From positions 310,001-374,000 of the forward strand of contig OW569383.1 in assembly GCA_937625935.1 (NCBI GenBank): DNA of 64,000 nucleotides, in the 5' to 3' direction. The DNA is from Tetramitus jugosus. Taxonomy: Eukaryota > Protista > Heterolobosea. How positions within the stretch are numbered: the stretch's first letter is position 1; each line of letters begins with the position of its first letter. Both the position numbers and the translations under genes were made by a program. The notes beneath the pieces are model-generated. The model did no database searches and was not told the DNA's origin. It saw nothing but the letters and a program-made list of their open reading frames with translations. Positions 44,622 to 55,287 of this stretch are shown piece after piece.

Positions 44622-45686
44622 TTACTGCAGAGTATCAATTTCATACATTGCCAGCTGCTCCATAAACTCCATTGGTACTCGAGAAATAATTCTCTTCATC
44701 TTCACCAAATTAATCGCATCAATCAAGTTCATCTTCTTCACCTTGATCAAGTAAGCAACAACGAAAACAGCAGAATGTGTCACTCCAAACGTATCGTGCA
44801 CCAACACAGCCTTACCCTCACTCTGACTGCCGCTACTCTTCAAATAATCATCAATAAAGGAAACGACAGACTCAAACTGATCCACCACTTCTTCCTCCTC
44901 ATTCACAACGACTTCCAACCACTGTTCACACAAACTCTTTCGCAATTCAATCTCTTCTTCACTCAACGCTGCTTCCTCTGATCGTCTCACACTCACTACA
45001 GCTCCCACATTCAACACTTTACACATGGTCTCATCCAACGCATGAGTCACCGAACCCAAAAACAACTCATTCTCAATCACTTCATTCGCATATTGAGTAT
45101 TACAAATGGATTCAATCGCATTCTGCATCAATCGTCTCTGTTGATTCAACGGTGTCCACATCAATTGACCATACTTTGCTTTAAATTGCTTCACATTTTT
45201 CAATGCCCAAACATTCAAATACGGTGCCATTGTTGCAAATTCAGGATACTGTTTTTGCAAAAATTGTTTCAAGAGTTGAGCCTGTTGATCCAACACGTTT
45301 ACATTTTTTTCATCATCTTCATCATCAAAATTTTCATCACTCTCCGGAAATGTGTAGAGAACACAGGTGAACATTGGCCACATTTTGATTCGATCCAAAA
45401 ATTTCCTTGTCAGAGTGAGACTAGTCGCATCGTGGTGATGCATTTGGTGGAACATGTCTGGATAGTGTTCATACAGTTGATTCAATGGCAAGTGCATCGA
45501 AGAATCAATTTGACCATTTTTTTTGAAATCACTTAGATTTTGCATGTCAATCAGTAGGATTTTGTGGTGAGAGTCACTTGGGTTAATGTTGAGAAGAGTG
45601 TTGTACAATTCGAATGGTGTAATTATTTTTTGAATGTGTTCATATTGTGGTGGTGTTTGTTCTTGTTGTTGATTGTTGGTCGTCAT
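44622..45686 (-). CDS. Rhodanese(CH2) + dual-specificity phosphatase domain pseudophosphatase (MK-STYX/STYXL1-like)
   Basis: ITP.ELYN.L…LLID…F…I..S (rhodanese); Y.NEVI…LFLGS, FID, VLVHDTFGVTHSA..V.AYL (P-loop lacking C and R); ATG at 45686. Confidence 0.88.
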   Translation of the reverse strand: MTTNNQQQEQTPPQYEHIQKIITPFELYNTLLNINPSDSHHKILLIDMQNLSDFKKNGQIDSSMHLPLNQLYEHYPDMFHQMHHHDATSLTLTRKFLDRIKMWPMFTCVLYTFPESDENFDDEDDEKNVNVLDQQAQLLKQFLQKQYPEFATMAPYLNVWALKNVKQFKAKYGQLMWTPLNQQRRLMQNAIESICNTQYANEVIENELFLGSVTHALDETMCKVLNVGAVVSVRRSEEAALSEEEIELRKSLCEQWLEVVVNEEEEVVDQFESVVSFIDDYLKSSGSQSEGKAVLVHDTFGVTHSAVFVVAYLIKVKKMNLIDAINLVKMKRIISRVPMEFMEQLAMYEIDTLQ

Positions 45687-45798
45687 TTTTTCTCTGTTTG
45701 ATGTTTGTGTTTGAAGTTTTTGTGTGAAGTTTTTGGCGCTAGTCCGGAGAAATGCAAAAAGTGCGAGAAAATGCTGGAAGAAATGCACGATTTATGAT

Positions 45799-46749
45799 TT
45801 ATTTTGTATTCTGATTGTTGTTGAGCTGCTGTTGAGCAGAAGCTTTGGATCCTTTGACAGCCAATCGATCCGCTTCTTCGTTTCCAGGTATGCCCTTGTG
45901 ACCTGGGACGTACTCCCACCGAACACCGCCACTTCTAGAGTCTACGAGATTGAACAGTGGCATCAAAAGATCCATATTGGCTACATCGAAACCAGAGCTC
46001 GAAGTCCATGAATTGACCTCCCAATTCCACCTCCAATCACACACACTGTTGATCAAATATTGCGAATCCGTAAAAATTCGCACATTTTCCTCGTTGGAAA
46101 CACTGTGCTGCAACGTGGCGAGAGCTGCTTTAATCTCAGCTCTCTGATTCGTTGGATTGTCATCCATGAATGGTTCACTAATGTTTCGAGCATCATTAGG
46201 ACCAAAGAAGGCTCCATAACCTCCAACAATAACTTGTCCATTCTTTTTTCCATTGCCTAAACAACTACCATCCGTATAAACAATCGTGTACTTGAACTTT
46301 GAGAGTGCATCACTGCTTTGATGCTCTTCCAGTTTTGCTCTCCTCTGTGCAAGCTTCAAATTGCTTTTCAAGGTACAGTCATGATTATAGGGAGTAAACT
46401 CTGTTACTATATCACGAGAGCTAACCATGGGATACTTTGAATCATCAATTCCAGCTTTTTCCTTGTAAGATTGCTGCGGAGGCGCCGATCTCTCATAAGG
46501 CTTTGTGGGACCTGCCCGTTTTTTATTGTCATGAGGAATAGACTCCTTTGATGACGACGACGAAGCAGTAGAAGAGCTTGGAGTGACTTCACCAGTGTCC
46601 ATGAACCGCTGAGCTTCTTCAAGTGTGGGGAATGCTTTATAGGATGCTCCCTTGAATTGAGTCACGTTCTTGGAGCATTCGTCCCACGAATTGTAAATAC
46701 CTGGTTTGTGACCTCGACGCACAGCATAAAATTTGTGTTGTTTTGGCAT
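45799..46749 (-). CDS. RNASEH1: Ribonuclease H1 (hybrid-binding domain + RNase H)
   Basis: KFYAVRRG.KPGIY.SWDEC…V..F.GA.YK.F.T.EEA; VYTDGSC.GNG, TNQRAEI, TDSQY, V.GH.GI.GNEEAD.LA. Confidence 0.97.
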   Translation of the reverse strand: MPKQHKFYAVRRGHKPGIYNSWDECSKNVTQFKGASYKAFPTLEEAQRFMDTGEVTPSSSTASSSSSKESIPHDNKKRAGPTKPYERSAPPQQSYKEKAGIDDSKYPMVSSRDIVTEFTPYNHDCTLKSNLKLAQRRAKLEEHQSSDALSKFKYTIVYTDGSCLGNGKKNGQVIVGGYGAFFGPNDARNISEPFMDDNPTNQRAEIKAALATLQHSVSNEENVRIFTDSQYLINSVCDWRWNWEVNSWTSSSGFDVANMDLLMPLFNLVDSRSGGVRWEYVPGHKGIPGNEEADRLAVKGSKASAQQQLNNNQNTK

Positions 46750-47119
46750 AATGGATCAGGTCTGATTTGGTTTTTTTGTCAAGGTGTTTTTTGGTGGTTT
46801 TTGTAAGAACCTCAAAGTTCCGAACAAATGTGGGAGAGTTGCTGGTCTCGGACTTACAATCTCAGATCATCAATGGTTATCAGTGATATGATCGTTCTAG
46901 TCATTAGTGGAATGATAAAAGATTTGAAACATGGCCGAAAGAACCGCTTTGAACCCAATCGGCACTCCAGTTGCATCAAAAGAAACAGAAATATCATCAT
47001 TTTCATCGGCATAATACTTTCAGATGGATTCTGTCATTGAAATCGGAAACATGGCTTCTTTCTTTCGAGTAGGATATCTATCTACAATGGGTGATGTGTG
47101 GTGTATATTGTTACCTAGT

Positions 47120-48157
47120 TTATTTTTGGAAGGGCTTAATCTCATCACCAGGGAAATGCAAGAACATGCAAGCATCGTCTGTTGCTGTCTCTGCTCCCTG
47201 GCTCCAATCATATGCACAAGCATAGGCAAACATTCTTCCGTCCTTGTTGAAGCCAGTGCTCACAATTGGCAGAGCAGGATGAGCTCGATGGAATTGTTGT
47301 AACTTTTGTTTGGCATCCTTGTCCCAATAGGTGAAGCAACCATCGCCACCAGCAGTAGAGAACGTGTTGTACACTGGGTGAACCGATATGGCGTTCACAC
47401 CATAAATATCAGTCGCATTGGCACCTTGTCTATGACACTTGAACGCAAAACTTCGCTTCTTTTCTTGATGATCCTGTAGATATTGAATGGCGGCACGTCC
47501 TTCAATACTGCCCACTGCCACACAATTACTTCCCTTCAAAAACATGGACATGCACCTGAATTGATACTTTAGTGTCGTTTCAACCACTTCCATTGGTGTC
47601 TGAGGCTTTGACAAGTCAAAAAATGCCACTTTTCTATCCGCCAATCCCACGGCCATCAAATTCGATGAGTGTGCCATACTGTAGACCTTTTCCGGTAAAT
47701 CCACAGTCATGACATTTGGATTCTGTTGTCTCACATCCCAGTACTTGATCTGTTTGTCCCATCCACCACTAATGGCCACATTCATCTCATCACTAAACAA
47801 TAGACACTTGACTCCGAGTGCATGCTTACCAATCAATCTTGATTCATTTCCACTCGTTCCACCAGGTTGAAACATTCTAATTTCACCATCTGCTCCGCTG
47901 CTCCAAACTTGATTTTGAGCATTGATGCAGCAGGAGAGTGCAGGTGCAGATGCGTGAGTGTAGTGAGAAACGGGTTGTATGTTGACTGGCATGTGTGGTT
48001 GACCTTGGAATTGGACATTGTATACGCAGACATCACCATTCCATGATGTGCAAGCCAAGAGATCGGATTGTGTACCCCAGGCGAGGTGGGAGATGGATTT
48101 GGGGGTGTTGGGCACTTGGAAGTTGGTTGGCCTCAATGGTTCTTTTTTTGAGCTCAT
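47120..48157 (-). CDS. RAE1: mRNA export factor Rae1/Gle2 (WD40)
   Basis: GGWDK.IKYWD.R, LPEKVY, LKYQ.RC, GSIEGR.A, FAFKCHR, TF.TAG.DG…WDKDAK, FAYA..YDWS.G; WDKD and YDWS.G favour Rae1 over Bub3. Confidence 0.92.
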   Translation of the reverse strand: MSSKKEPLRPTNFQVPNTPKSISHLAWGTQSDLLACTSWNGDVCVYNVQFQGQPHMPVNIQPVSHYTHASAPALSCCINAQNQVWSSGADGEIRMFQPGGTSGNESRLIGKHALGVKCLLFSDEMNVAISGGWDKQIKYWDVRQQNPNVMTVDLPEKVYSMAHSSNLMAVGLADRKVAFFDLSKPQTPMEVVETTLKYQFRCMSMFLKGSNCVAVGSIEGRAAIQYLQDHQEKKRSFAFKCHRQGANATDIYGVNAISVHPVYNTFSTAGGDGCFTYWDKDAKQKLQQFHRAHPALPIVSTGFNKDGRMFAYACAYDWSQGAETATDDACMFLHFPGDEIKPFQK

Positions 48158-48374
48158 GTGTGTGTTTTGTTGTTATTGTTATTATTGTTGTTGTTATTAT
48201 TGTTGTTGTTGTTCTTGATCGGCGTTGTAATTTTGTTTTTTTTTCAGAGATTGCGCGGGCTTTTTTTTATCTTGGTGTGTTCAAGTCGATTGCTGAACTT
48301 TTTTTTGGTGAGACTTCAACAAGAGTGGAATTGTGTTGAAGATTGAAGTGTATTTCAAATTGGACGATCGTAGA

Positions 48375-49772
48375 TTATTGGCGGCCACTGGTAAAGAATT
48401 CGTCCATGGTATGAGATGTCTCCTTCTCGATTCCTTCTCTAATGCTAGGATCGTACATATCACTTGGAACACCACCATATGTCGTAAAGGATGGCTTTAT
48501 CGTTCCTTCTCTTGTTTCCACTAACCGGAAAACAACACTGCTGCTTGGCAAGTTGGACTCAATATTCAATACTTCATTGTCCCATGATTCCAACAACAGT
48601 GGATCAGTCGGTTCACCATACACATTGAAATCAACAATATAAACGAGACTCTTGGCCACATTGGAGCGATTACGTTGAATGTACACATCAAACGTATAGT
48701 TTGTCAATGGGAACACATTCTTCACATACGTTTCATAAAAATCAATCAACAATGGCTCCAACAACGAATATCTCTCCTTCTTCAAAAAATCAAAGTATTG
48801 TAACACATTTCTTTGAGAGATGGCCACCAGTTGACCATTCTTAACAAAGCATCTAAACTCCATGGATGGATCCAGATCATACCATCGTCGACACACGAGC
48901 ACAAACTTTGTTCTTTCATCCTTATGTTTCAACTCTTTTTCTTCGTCTTCTCTTTTCGTTGTTTCTTCTTCTTCCATCAATGATGATTCATTCACATATG
49001 CCTTCTCCAAATCATGAACAATGAACTGAGAGCTCTTCAACACGAGAAACACATCTTCCACAGACGTACATTTCAAAAATTTACTCTCCGCCAAAATCCA
49101 TTGTGCATCACGTGGACAACTCCAATTCATTTTTGGAAACACGGCTCCATCATACTTTTCAATGCACTCACGAATCGCATTTTGAATCTCCAAAAATTCT
49201 CCTACTTGATTTTTTTCGAGATTTTCTTCTGTTTCTGCTTCTTCAGAGTCACTGGACGAGTCATCATTTTGTGAGGCATATTGTTGCTTGAATAATTGAA
49301 ATTGATGATCCATCTCGGCCGTATCACTATTCTCACTAAAAACATCATCATCATCATCATTTTCTTCTTCTTCTTTATCATTTTCATCATTCATTTTTTT
49401 TGAAGAGGCAGTTGTAGCAGTGATGGATGATGGTAATTGGATACCATCTCGTTTCAAATAATCAATAAATGATGATGATGATGATGATGGAACACTTTTT
49501 GTTTCTTCATCATCATCATTACTAGTAGTAGTAGTAGTAGTAGTAGTAGTCAGAGTATCATCATGGTCAGCAGACAGTGAGATGATGGTGCTTGGAAAAG
49601 TGAGACGAGATCGTTTGAGATGACCGTGTTGTGCATGGTTGTTGTAGAATAGAGGATACCATTGATCAAAACTACACTGATTGATTTGTTGAGTAAAGCT
49701 TTTGGTTGCTGTTGTTGTTGTTGAGGAAGTGGTGGTGGTAGTGGTGGTGGTTGATGGTTGTTGTTCTTGCAT
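48375..49772 (-). CDS. CDC123: Cdc123 (D123) eIF2 assembly factor
   Basis: C.F..WYP.F, FI.YL..DGI.LP, G.VFPKMNWSCPRDA.WI, L.LKSS.FI.HDL, W….PSMEFRCFV, ISQR, DFN..G..TDPLL. Confidence 0.96.
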   Translation of the reverse strand: MQEQQPSTTTTTTTTSSTTTTATKSFTQQINQCSFDQWYPLFYNNHAQHGHLKRSRLTFPSTIISLSADHDDTLTTTTTTTTTSNDDDEETKSVPSSSSSSFIDYLKRDGIQLPSSITATTASSKKMNDENDKEEEENDDDDDVFSENSDTAEMDHQFQLFKQQYASQNDDSSSDSEEAETEENLEKNQVGEFLEIQNAIRECIEKYDGAVFPKMNWSCPRDAQWILAESKFLKCTSVEDVFLVLKSSQFIVHDLEKAYVNESSLMEEEETTKREDEEKELKHKDERTKFVLVCRRWYDLDPSMEFRCFVKNGQLVAISQRNVLQYFDFLKKERYSLLEPLLIDFYETYVKNVFPLTNYTFDVYIQRNRSNVAKSLVYIVDFNVYGEPTDPLLLESWDNEVLNIESNLPSSSVVFRLVETREGTIKPSFTTYGGVPSDMYDPSIREGIEKETSHTMDEFFTSGRQ

Positions 49773-49983
49773 GTTTGTTGGTTGATTGTGTGTTGTGTGT
49801 TGTTTTTTTTTAATCGGGGTTGCGTTTGTTGTTGCTTTTGTATTGAAGTAATAACGTTTACTAAGTCTTTGATTCGGCCAACTTCCACAATTGGCGATTG
49901 TGATTGATCACTGTGCGAGGTTTTGAGAACAGGACTTGAACACTTCAATTGGTTGAGTTTATTCTATTATTGTATGTTTGCAA

Positions 49984-52900
49984 TTATTTGATTTCAGGTC
50001 TAAATGAAGAAACAACAAAGCTCCAATCACCGTTATCGTAGGAAAGGAATGTTGTTCCAGTCTTTTGACACATCCGTTTCAACTTTCTTTCAAAGGTTGC
50101 ATCTTCACCACCCTTGCTGTAGATGTGATTCAACGTAACTAGTGCCCGCTTGTTCAATCCCTTGCCGACAGGTGGGATTTTTTCCAGGTGATACGATTCA
50201 GGATACACTCGAACGATACCCTTGCCAAACTCACAGATCTTGTCCAAGTTCAGATCGGTGACATCTGTTTCACCAAAGAATTGAACCTTACCGTAGCCTT
50301 TGCGACCAATTATAAAATCTCTGATGTGCTTCAATTCCTCATCTGTCATGCCTTGCATCTCTTCAATGGAAGGTACTGTGTAATAACCATCACGAGTCAA
50401 ATGTGGCGCATGAATGTTCTTCTTCACAGTAGTAGACTTCACAGGAGTAGCAGTAGGAGGAGCATATGAACTCTCATCACTCTTCGTCTTTGTAGTTGGT
50501 GCCTTCTCCTCTACTCTTCTCCTTTCAACGCGAGTGTATGTCTCATCCGGTTCAATCTTCAATTCCTTAATATTTGTTGAAAGGAGCAACGACTCTGCGC
50601 TTGTGTTTGGCTTCAGATCAAATAGAGCCAATCGCTGACTAATTGGAGCACTTCTTGCTGGTATGATGCGAGAGAGTGGTCGATGAGCAATGATCTTTTG
50701 TCTTGCACCGACGATATTTTCAGTGGCTCCTTCTGTAGGTAATGCCTGCTCAGTCTTCTCTGATTCTCTCAATTTTTCTTCCAAGGCTGAACTCAATGAA
50801 CCATATGGGTTGTTGCTGATAGATGCAAGATCAACTTGAGGTTGTGTTGTTGGAGCACCCGACAAGAAGCCTCCTCCTGCAGGAGCTAACGAAGAGAATG
50901 AACCAGTGCCACCAAGTGGTGTGGTTGACTGGAAATTAAATCCACCTAGTCCACCCATACCTCCCTGTGGCTGTGTTGTTGTTCCAGGCTGGGTAGTACC
51001 GAATGTAGTAGTTTGTGGTCCGAATGAGAAGCCACCAGCACCACCAGTTGCTCCACCAGTCGTACCAAAGCCGGTACCAGTTCCACCAAAGCCAGTGTTT
51101 GTTGGAGCAGTGGCTGCCGCACCTGTACCAAAGTTAAATCCGCCTGCTCCGGTGGTGGGAGCAGTAGTTGCACCGCCTGATCCTCCAAATGCAAAAGGAG
51201 CATTGGCCGCTGTTCCTCCGGTTGTGCCTGTAGCGCCAGTAAAACCTCCTCCTGTTCCACCACCAAAGTTAAATCCACCTCCTCCAGTTGTACCAAAGTT
51301 TGGTGCATTCGTTGTCGATGCGCCTACACCTCCGAAACCGCCTGTTGTTCCACCTGTTGTCCCACCACCAAGTGTGTTACCAAAGGAAAATCCAGTACCA
51401 GTTGTTCCTCCAGTTGCACCACCACCAAATGTATTGGCGCCTCCAAAGCCACCAGTTGTGCCACCCATACCACCACCTCCGAACGTTGTGCCACCCATAC
51501 CTCCACCAAATGTGGTGTCTGTTCCACCTGTGCCTGCTCCACCAAGTGAAAAACCGGTATTGGTTGTACCAAAGCCTCCAGTCGGAGCTCCAGTAGTTCC
51601 CATTCCAGGGTTTGTCGTGCTAGAACCGCCAAAGGTAAATCCACCACCAGTTCCCATTTGGCCGCCGCCAAAGCCAGTGGTTGTGCCACCAGCTCCAGTA
51701 CTACCCATACCACCCATGCCAGTCGTTCCCATACCGCCCATTCCGCCGAATCCTGTGTTTGCTGCCGAAGGATTTGCAGTGTTAAATGTAATTGTTGTGG
51801 GCAATCCCTTGAGTGCCTTCATGTACTCGTATCTGATTTCTTCTTGAGAATAGTTTTGATATTCTGGCATTCGGCAAATGTTATATGTCACATGTTGAAG
51901 CTTTCTCTTTGTTTTTGTGACTGGATCAGGCACATCAATCATTTCTTGTGTAGGTACAAATTTGGGGAATGAGGCTGGTGTGACTGGGCCAGAGGAGCCC
52001 ATTATTGCACCGCCTGCACCAGCTCCACCGAAACCGCCAAAATTCAAGCCACCACCTGTCGTACCAGTGGTTGTGCCTGTTCCGAATCCTCCGAGACCAG
52101 TTCCTGTCGTACCAGCGCCAAATGTTGTTGTTCCTGTTGTTGGCTGGCCAAATGTGTTTGCACCACTGAGACCTCCTCCGAATGTGTTGGTACCCATGGT
52201 AGATGTACCACCCATGCCGCCACCAAATGTGTTTGTTCCGCCTGTCGTACCACCAAATCCACCAAAACCACCTGTTGTTCCTCCCGTGGTAGCACCAAAT
52301 TGGTTAGTTCCACCGAGTCCTGTAGTAGCGCCACCAGTAGTACCTCCCATACCAAACGAACCAAATGGTTGATTGGTTGGTTGTGCACCAAATGTGTTTC
52401 CAGCTCCAGTAGTGCCACCAACACCACCAAACATGTTTCCTCCGAGGCCACCTGTGCCAGTTGTAGTACCTCCACCCAAACCACCAAAGGTTGTACCGCC
52501 TGTTACACCGCCGAAGCCTCCTGTTGTACCGCCACCACCACCGAATCCTCCAGTGGTTCCGCCAGTACCAAACAAGTCTGTTCCTCCAGTTGTGGTTTGT
52601 CCTCCAAATCCAGTAGTTCCGCCAGTGGTTCCAAATGCACCACCACCACCGAATGCACCTCCTCCACCTACACCTGTGCCTGTTCCGAAACCTCCTGTTC
52701 CAGCACCAGTAGTTCCAAATAATGCTCCTCCTCCAGTGGTGCCACCACCTCCTCCAAATGGAGTGTTCGATGCGCCAAAGGTAGAAGTTGTACCAAATCC
52801 ACCTGTACCTGTACCTCCAGTGTTGGTCGAGCCAAATAATCCACCACCACCAGTTGCTCCACCTAATCCACCACCACCAGTACCGAAAGCACCTCCACCA

Positions 52901-53187
52901 CCACCTACACCACCAAATGCACCTCCGCCACCAACACCTGTAGCTCCACCTCCAAACGGATTAGGTGTACCAGTATTTGCACCTCCACCAAATCCACCAC
53001 CTGCTCCACCAACGCCACCAAATCCACCTAGACCAGTGTTTGTGGGTTGATTCGTGGTACCAAATGTGTTTCCACCTCCACCAAATGCACCTCCTCCTCC
53101 TCCGGTGCCAAAACCACCTCCAGTGGTACCTCCACCACCTCCGAATAAATTTGGCTGTGTCGTGTTACCAAAGCCAGTATTAAACAT
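49984..53187 (-). CDS. NUP98: FG nucleoporin Nup98 (FG repeats, GLEBS, C-terminal autopeptidase-like domain); no Nup96 part
   Basis: G/T-rich FG repeats; GLEBS NIC.MPEYQNYSQEEIR.E.; NPYG; P.L…GYYT.PS.EE…F.IGR.GYG.V.F.G..D…L.LD…P.G.GLN..A.VTL…F.SY..G.W.F.V. Confidence 0.95.
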   Translation of the reverse strand: MFNTGFGNTTQPNLFGGGGGTTGGGFGTGGGGGAFGGGGNTFGTTNQPTNTGLGGFGGVGGAGGGFGGGANTGTPNPFGGGATGVGGGGAFGGVGGGGGAFGTGGGGLGGATGGGGLFGSTNTGGTGTGGFGTTSTFGASNTPFGGGGGTTGGGALFGTTGAGTGGFGTGTGVGGGGAFGGGGAFGTTGGTTGFGGQTTTGGTDLFGTGGTTGGFGGGGGTTGGFGGVTGGTTFGGLGGGTTTGTGGLGGNMFGGVGGTTGAGNTFGAQPTNQPFGSFGMGGTTGGATTGLGGTNQFGATTGGTTGGFGGFGGTTGGTNTFGGGMGGTSTMGTNTFGGGLSGANTFGQPTTGTTTFGAGTTGTGLGGFGTGTTTGTTGGGLNFGGFGGAGAGGAIMGSSGPVTPASFPKFVPTQEMIDVPDPVTKTKRKLQHVTYNICRMPEYQNYSQEEIRYEYMKALKGLPTTITFNTANPSAANTGFGGMGGMGTTGMGGMGSTGAGGTTTGFGGGQMGTGGGFTFGGSSTTNPGMGTTGAPTGGFGTTNTGFSLGGAGTGGTDTTFGGGMGGTTFGGGGMGGTTGGFGGANTFGGGATGGTTGTGFSFGNTLGGGTTGGTTGGFGGVGASTTNAPNFGTTGGGGFNFGGGTGGGFTGATGTTGGTAANAPFAFGGSGGATTAPTTGAGGFNFGTGAAATAPTNTGFGGTGTGFGTTGGATGGAGGFSFGPQTTTFGTTQPGTTTQPQGGMGGLGGFNFQSTTPLGGTGSFSSLAPAGGGFLSGAPTTQPQVDLASISNNPYGSLSSALEEKLRESEKTEQALPTEGATENIVGARQKIIAHRPLSRIIPARSAPISQRLALFDLKPNTSAESLLLSTNIKELKIEPDETYTRVERRRVEEKAPTTKTKSDESSYAPPTATPVKSTTVKKNIHAPHLTRDGYYTVPSIEEMQGMTDEELKHIRDFIIGRKGYGKVQFFGETDVTDLNLDKICEFGKGIVRVYPESYHLEKIPPVGKGLNKRALVTLNHIYSKGGEDATFERKLKRMCQKTGTTFLSYDNGDWSFVVSSFRPEIK

Positions 53188-53560
53188 GATTTATATAGTT
53201 GTTGTTTGTTGTTATTTTGTGTCGTTTGTTGTTGTTGATCGCTGTTTGTTGTTGTTGTTTATGTGATCGTGGCGTGTGTTTGTTTTTTTTTGTTTTACGC
53301 AGGTATTTACAAAGTGATCACAAAATAATGGTTTTATTGATGTTGTGTGTGAGATGGTTTTTTCTTCTTTTGTCGCGACAATAGTTCCTGTATCCATTTG
53401 GGCGGCAAGAACTTGACCTCAATAACAAGAAAAAGTTATTGAACCGGGGAAATCAACTTGAAGCTCCGAAAAAATTGAATCGTGGAAATAGAATTCGGTC
53501 GGGCTGAAAAAAACACCGCTACAAAAAAAACAACAAGAAGCACAAACCGAAACACAAACA

Positions 53561-55138
53561 ATGGCGTCCTACGATGATATGCTCGGAACACCAAACGACG
53601 ACGATATGGCATACAATTTCCATGGAGACGATGATTATGGTGAAGATTTTGATCAGAGCTTTCCAAACGACTATGGATACGATGACGAATACGATGTAGA
53701 GTACGGTGAGAGCATACCACATCACCATCATCATCACCACCCCAGTAATTCCATGAGAAAGGGTGGAATGAGAATGCACAGAGGAAATGCCTCTCATGGC
53801 AGTGACGGTAGTGCCATTGTCGGCAGTGTCGGAGTCGGCGCTTCTTCCTCTCCATTTACTCCGCCAATGATGAGTCATCATATGAATAAGGCACACAATA
53901 ATAATAATAATATGAATAATCACAATAATAACTCTCCAATGATGATGAACAATAATAATACGGGTGAAAAATCAAAGACAATTGTTGGTGGTCTAAAGAG
54001 CTCTCTCAATCCAACGAGTGGTGCTACTGGTTCATCATCATCATCTGAAGCTGATGATAAACCAAGAATTTTGTTGATGGGATTGAGACGTAGTGGAAAG
54101 TCGAGTATCCAGAAAGTGGTGTTCCAGAAGATGTCACCTCATGAGACACTGTTCTTGGAGAGTACGAACAAGATTGTCAAGAATGGTATGCTCTTAGGTG
54201 TATTTCATTTTTTTTTATTGTTGTGAATCATGATACTCACTCACTCATTTCGAACAGATGTATCAAACAATAGTTTTGTTCAATTTCAAATCTGGGATTT
54301 CCCAGGTCAAATTGACTTTTTTGACACTACGTTTGAATCGGACTTGATTTTTGGAGGTTGTGGTGCATTGGTGTTTGTGATTGATGCGCAAGATTCTTAT
54401 AGTGATGCCATTACAAAGTTGCATCAAACAGTGTATCAAGCACACAAGGTCAATCCAAAAATTATTTTCGAAGTGTTTATTCACAAGATGGATGGCATAT
54501 CCGATGATCACAAGATTCAAATTCAAAACGATATTCAACAGAGGTTGAACGAAGAGTTGAGTGATAGTATGGAGCACGAACAAGGCTATTCACCTGCTAA
54601 CATTCAGATCCGATACCAATTGACCAGTATTTATGATCATTCGATATTTGAAGCGTTCAGTAAGGTGATTCAAAAATTGATACCTCAATTGTCAACGTTG
54701 GAAAATTTGTTGGACATGTTGGTGTCGAACTCTAGATTGGACAAGGCATTCTTGTTCGATGTCGTGAGTAAGATTTATATTGCCACGGACAGTTCACCTG
54801 TTGATAATACAACCTATGAATTGTGTAGTGATATGATTGATGTTGTGATTGATGTTTCTTGCATTTATGGAATGAAAGATATGAATGATAGCTTTGCATA
54901 TGATGAAGAAAGCAGCTCCGTCATCAAATTGAACAATAATTTAGTGTTGTATCTGCGAGAGGTGAACAAGTATCTGGCACTCGTATGCCTAATTAACAAG
55001 GACAACTTTGATAAGATTGGTCTCATCAACTACAACTTTACATGCTTCAAGAAGGCTATTTCTGAAGTGTTCGAAGTACGAAACATTATCCAAAAGAAGG
55101 CAAACCTCAGGAAACAAAAGAAGGAAATTAAGAAGTAA
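53561..55138 (+). CDS. RRAGC: Rag GTPase RagC/D (Gtr2); 2 exons (53561-54185, 54258-55138)
   Basis: [61 protein letters not shown]; GTATGC…CAG intron 54186-54257. Confidence 0.97.
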
Positions 55139-55287
55139 TTACTTGTTTGCGAGTGATGATAGGACGATGGATGGACAACAAATGATGCCACGAATGTTCG
55201 CGCTGACTCTGCTGTTCCATTATTATTTCTATTACTTTTTATTCCCATAGTAAACTATTGTTTGTTTCGACAAAACTGTTGCACACC

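Noticed and set aside
47120-48157. Bub3 rather than Rae1
   Set aside because: WDKD.K and YDWS.G motifs are Rae1-type.
49521-49550. (TAG)n microsatellite or telomere-like repeat
   Set aside because: It encodes the poly-Thr tract of CDC123; similar homopolymer tracts occur throughout the window.
50906-53266. Long Pro/Val-rich plus-strand ORFs (extensin-like)
   Set aside because: They are antisense shadows of the Gly/Thr-rich FG repeats of NUP98.
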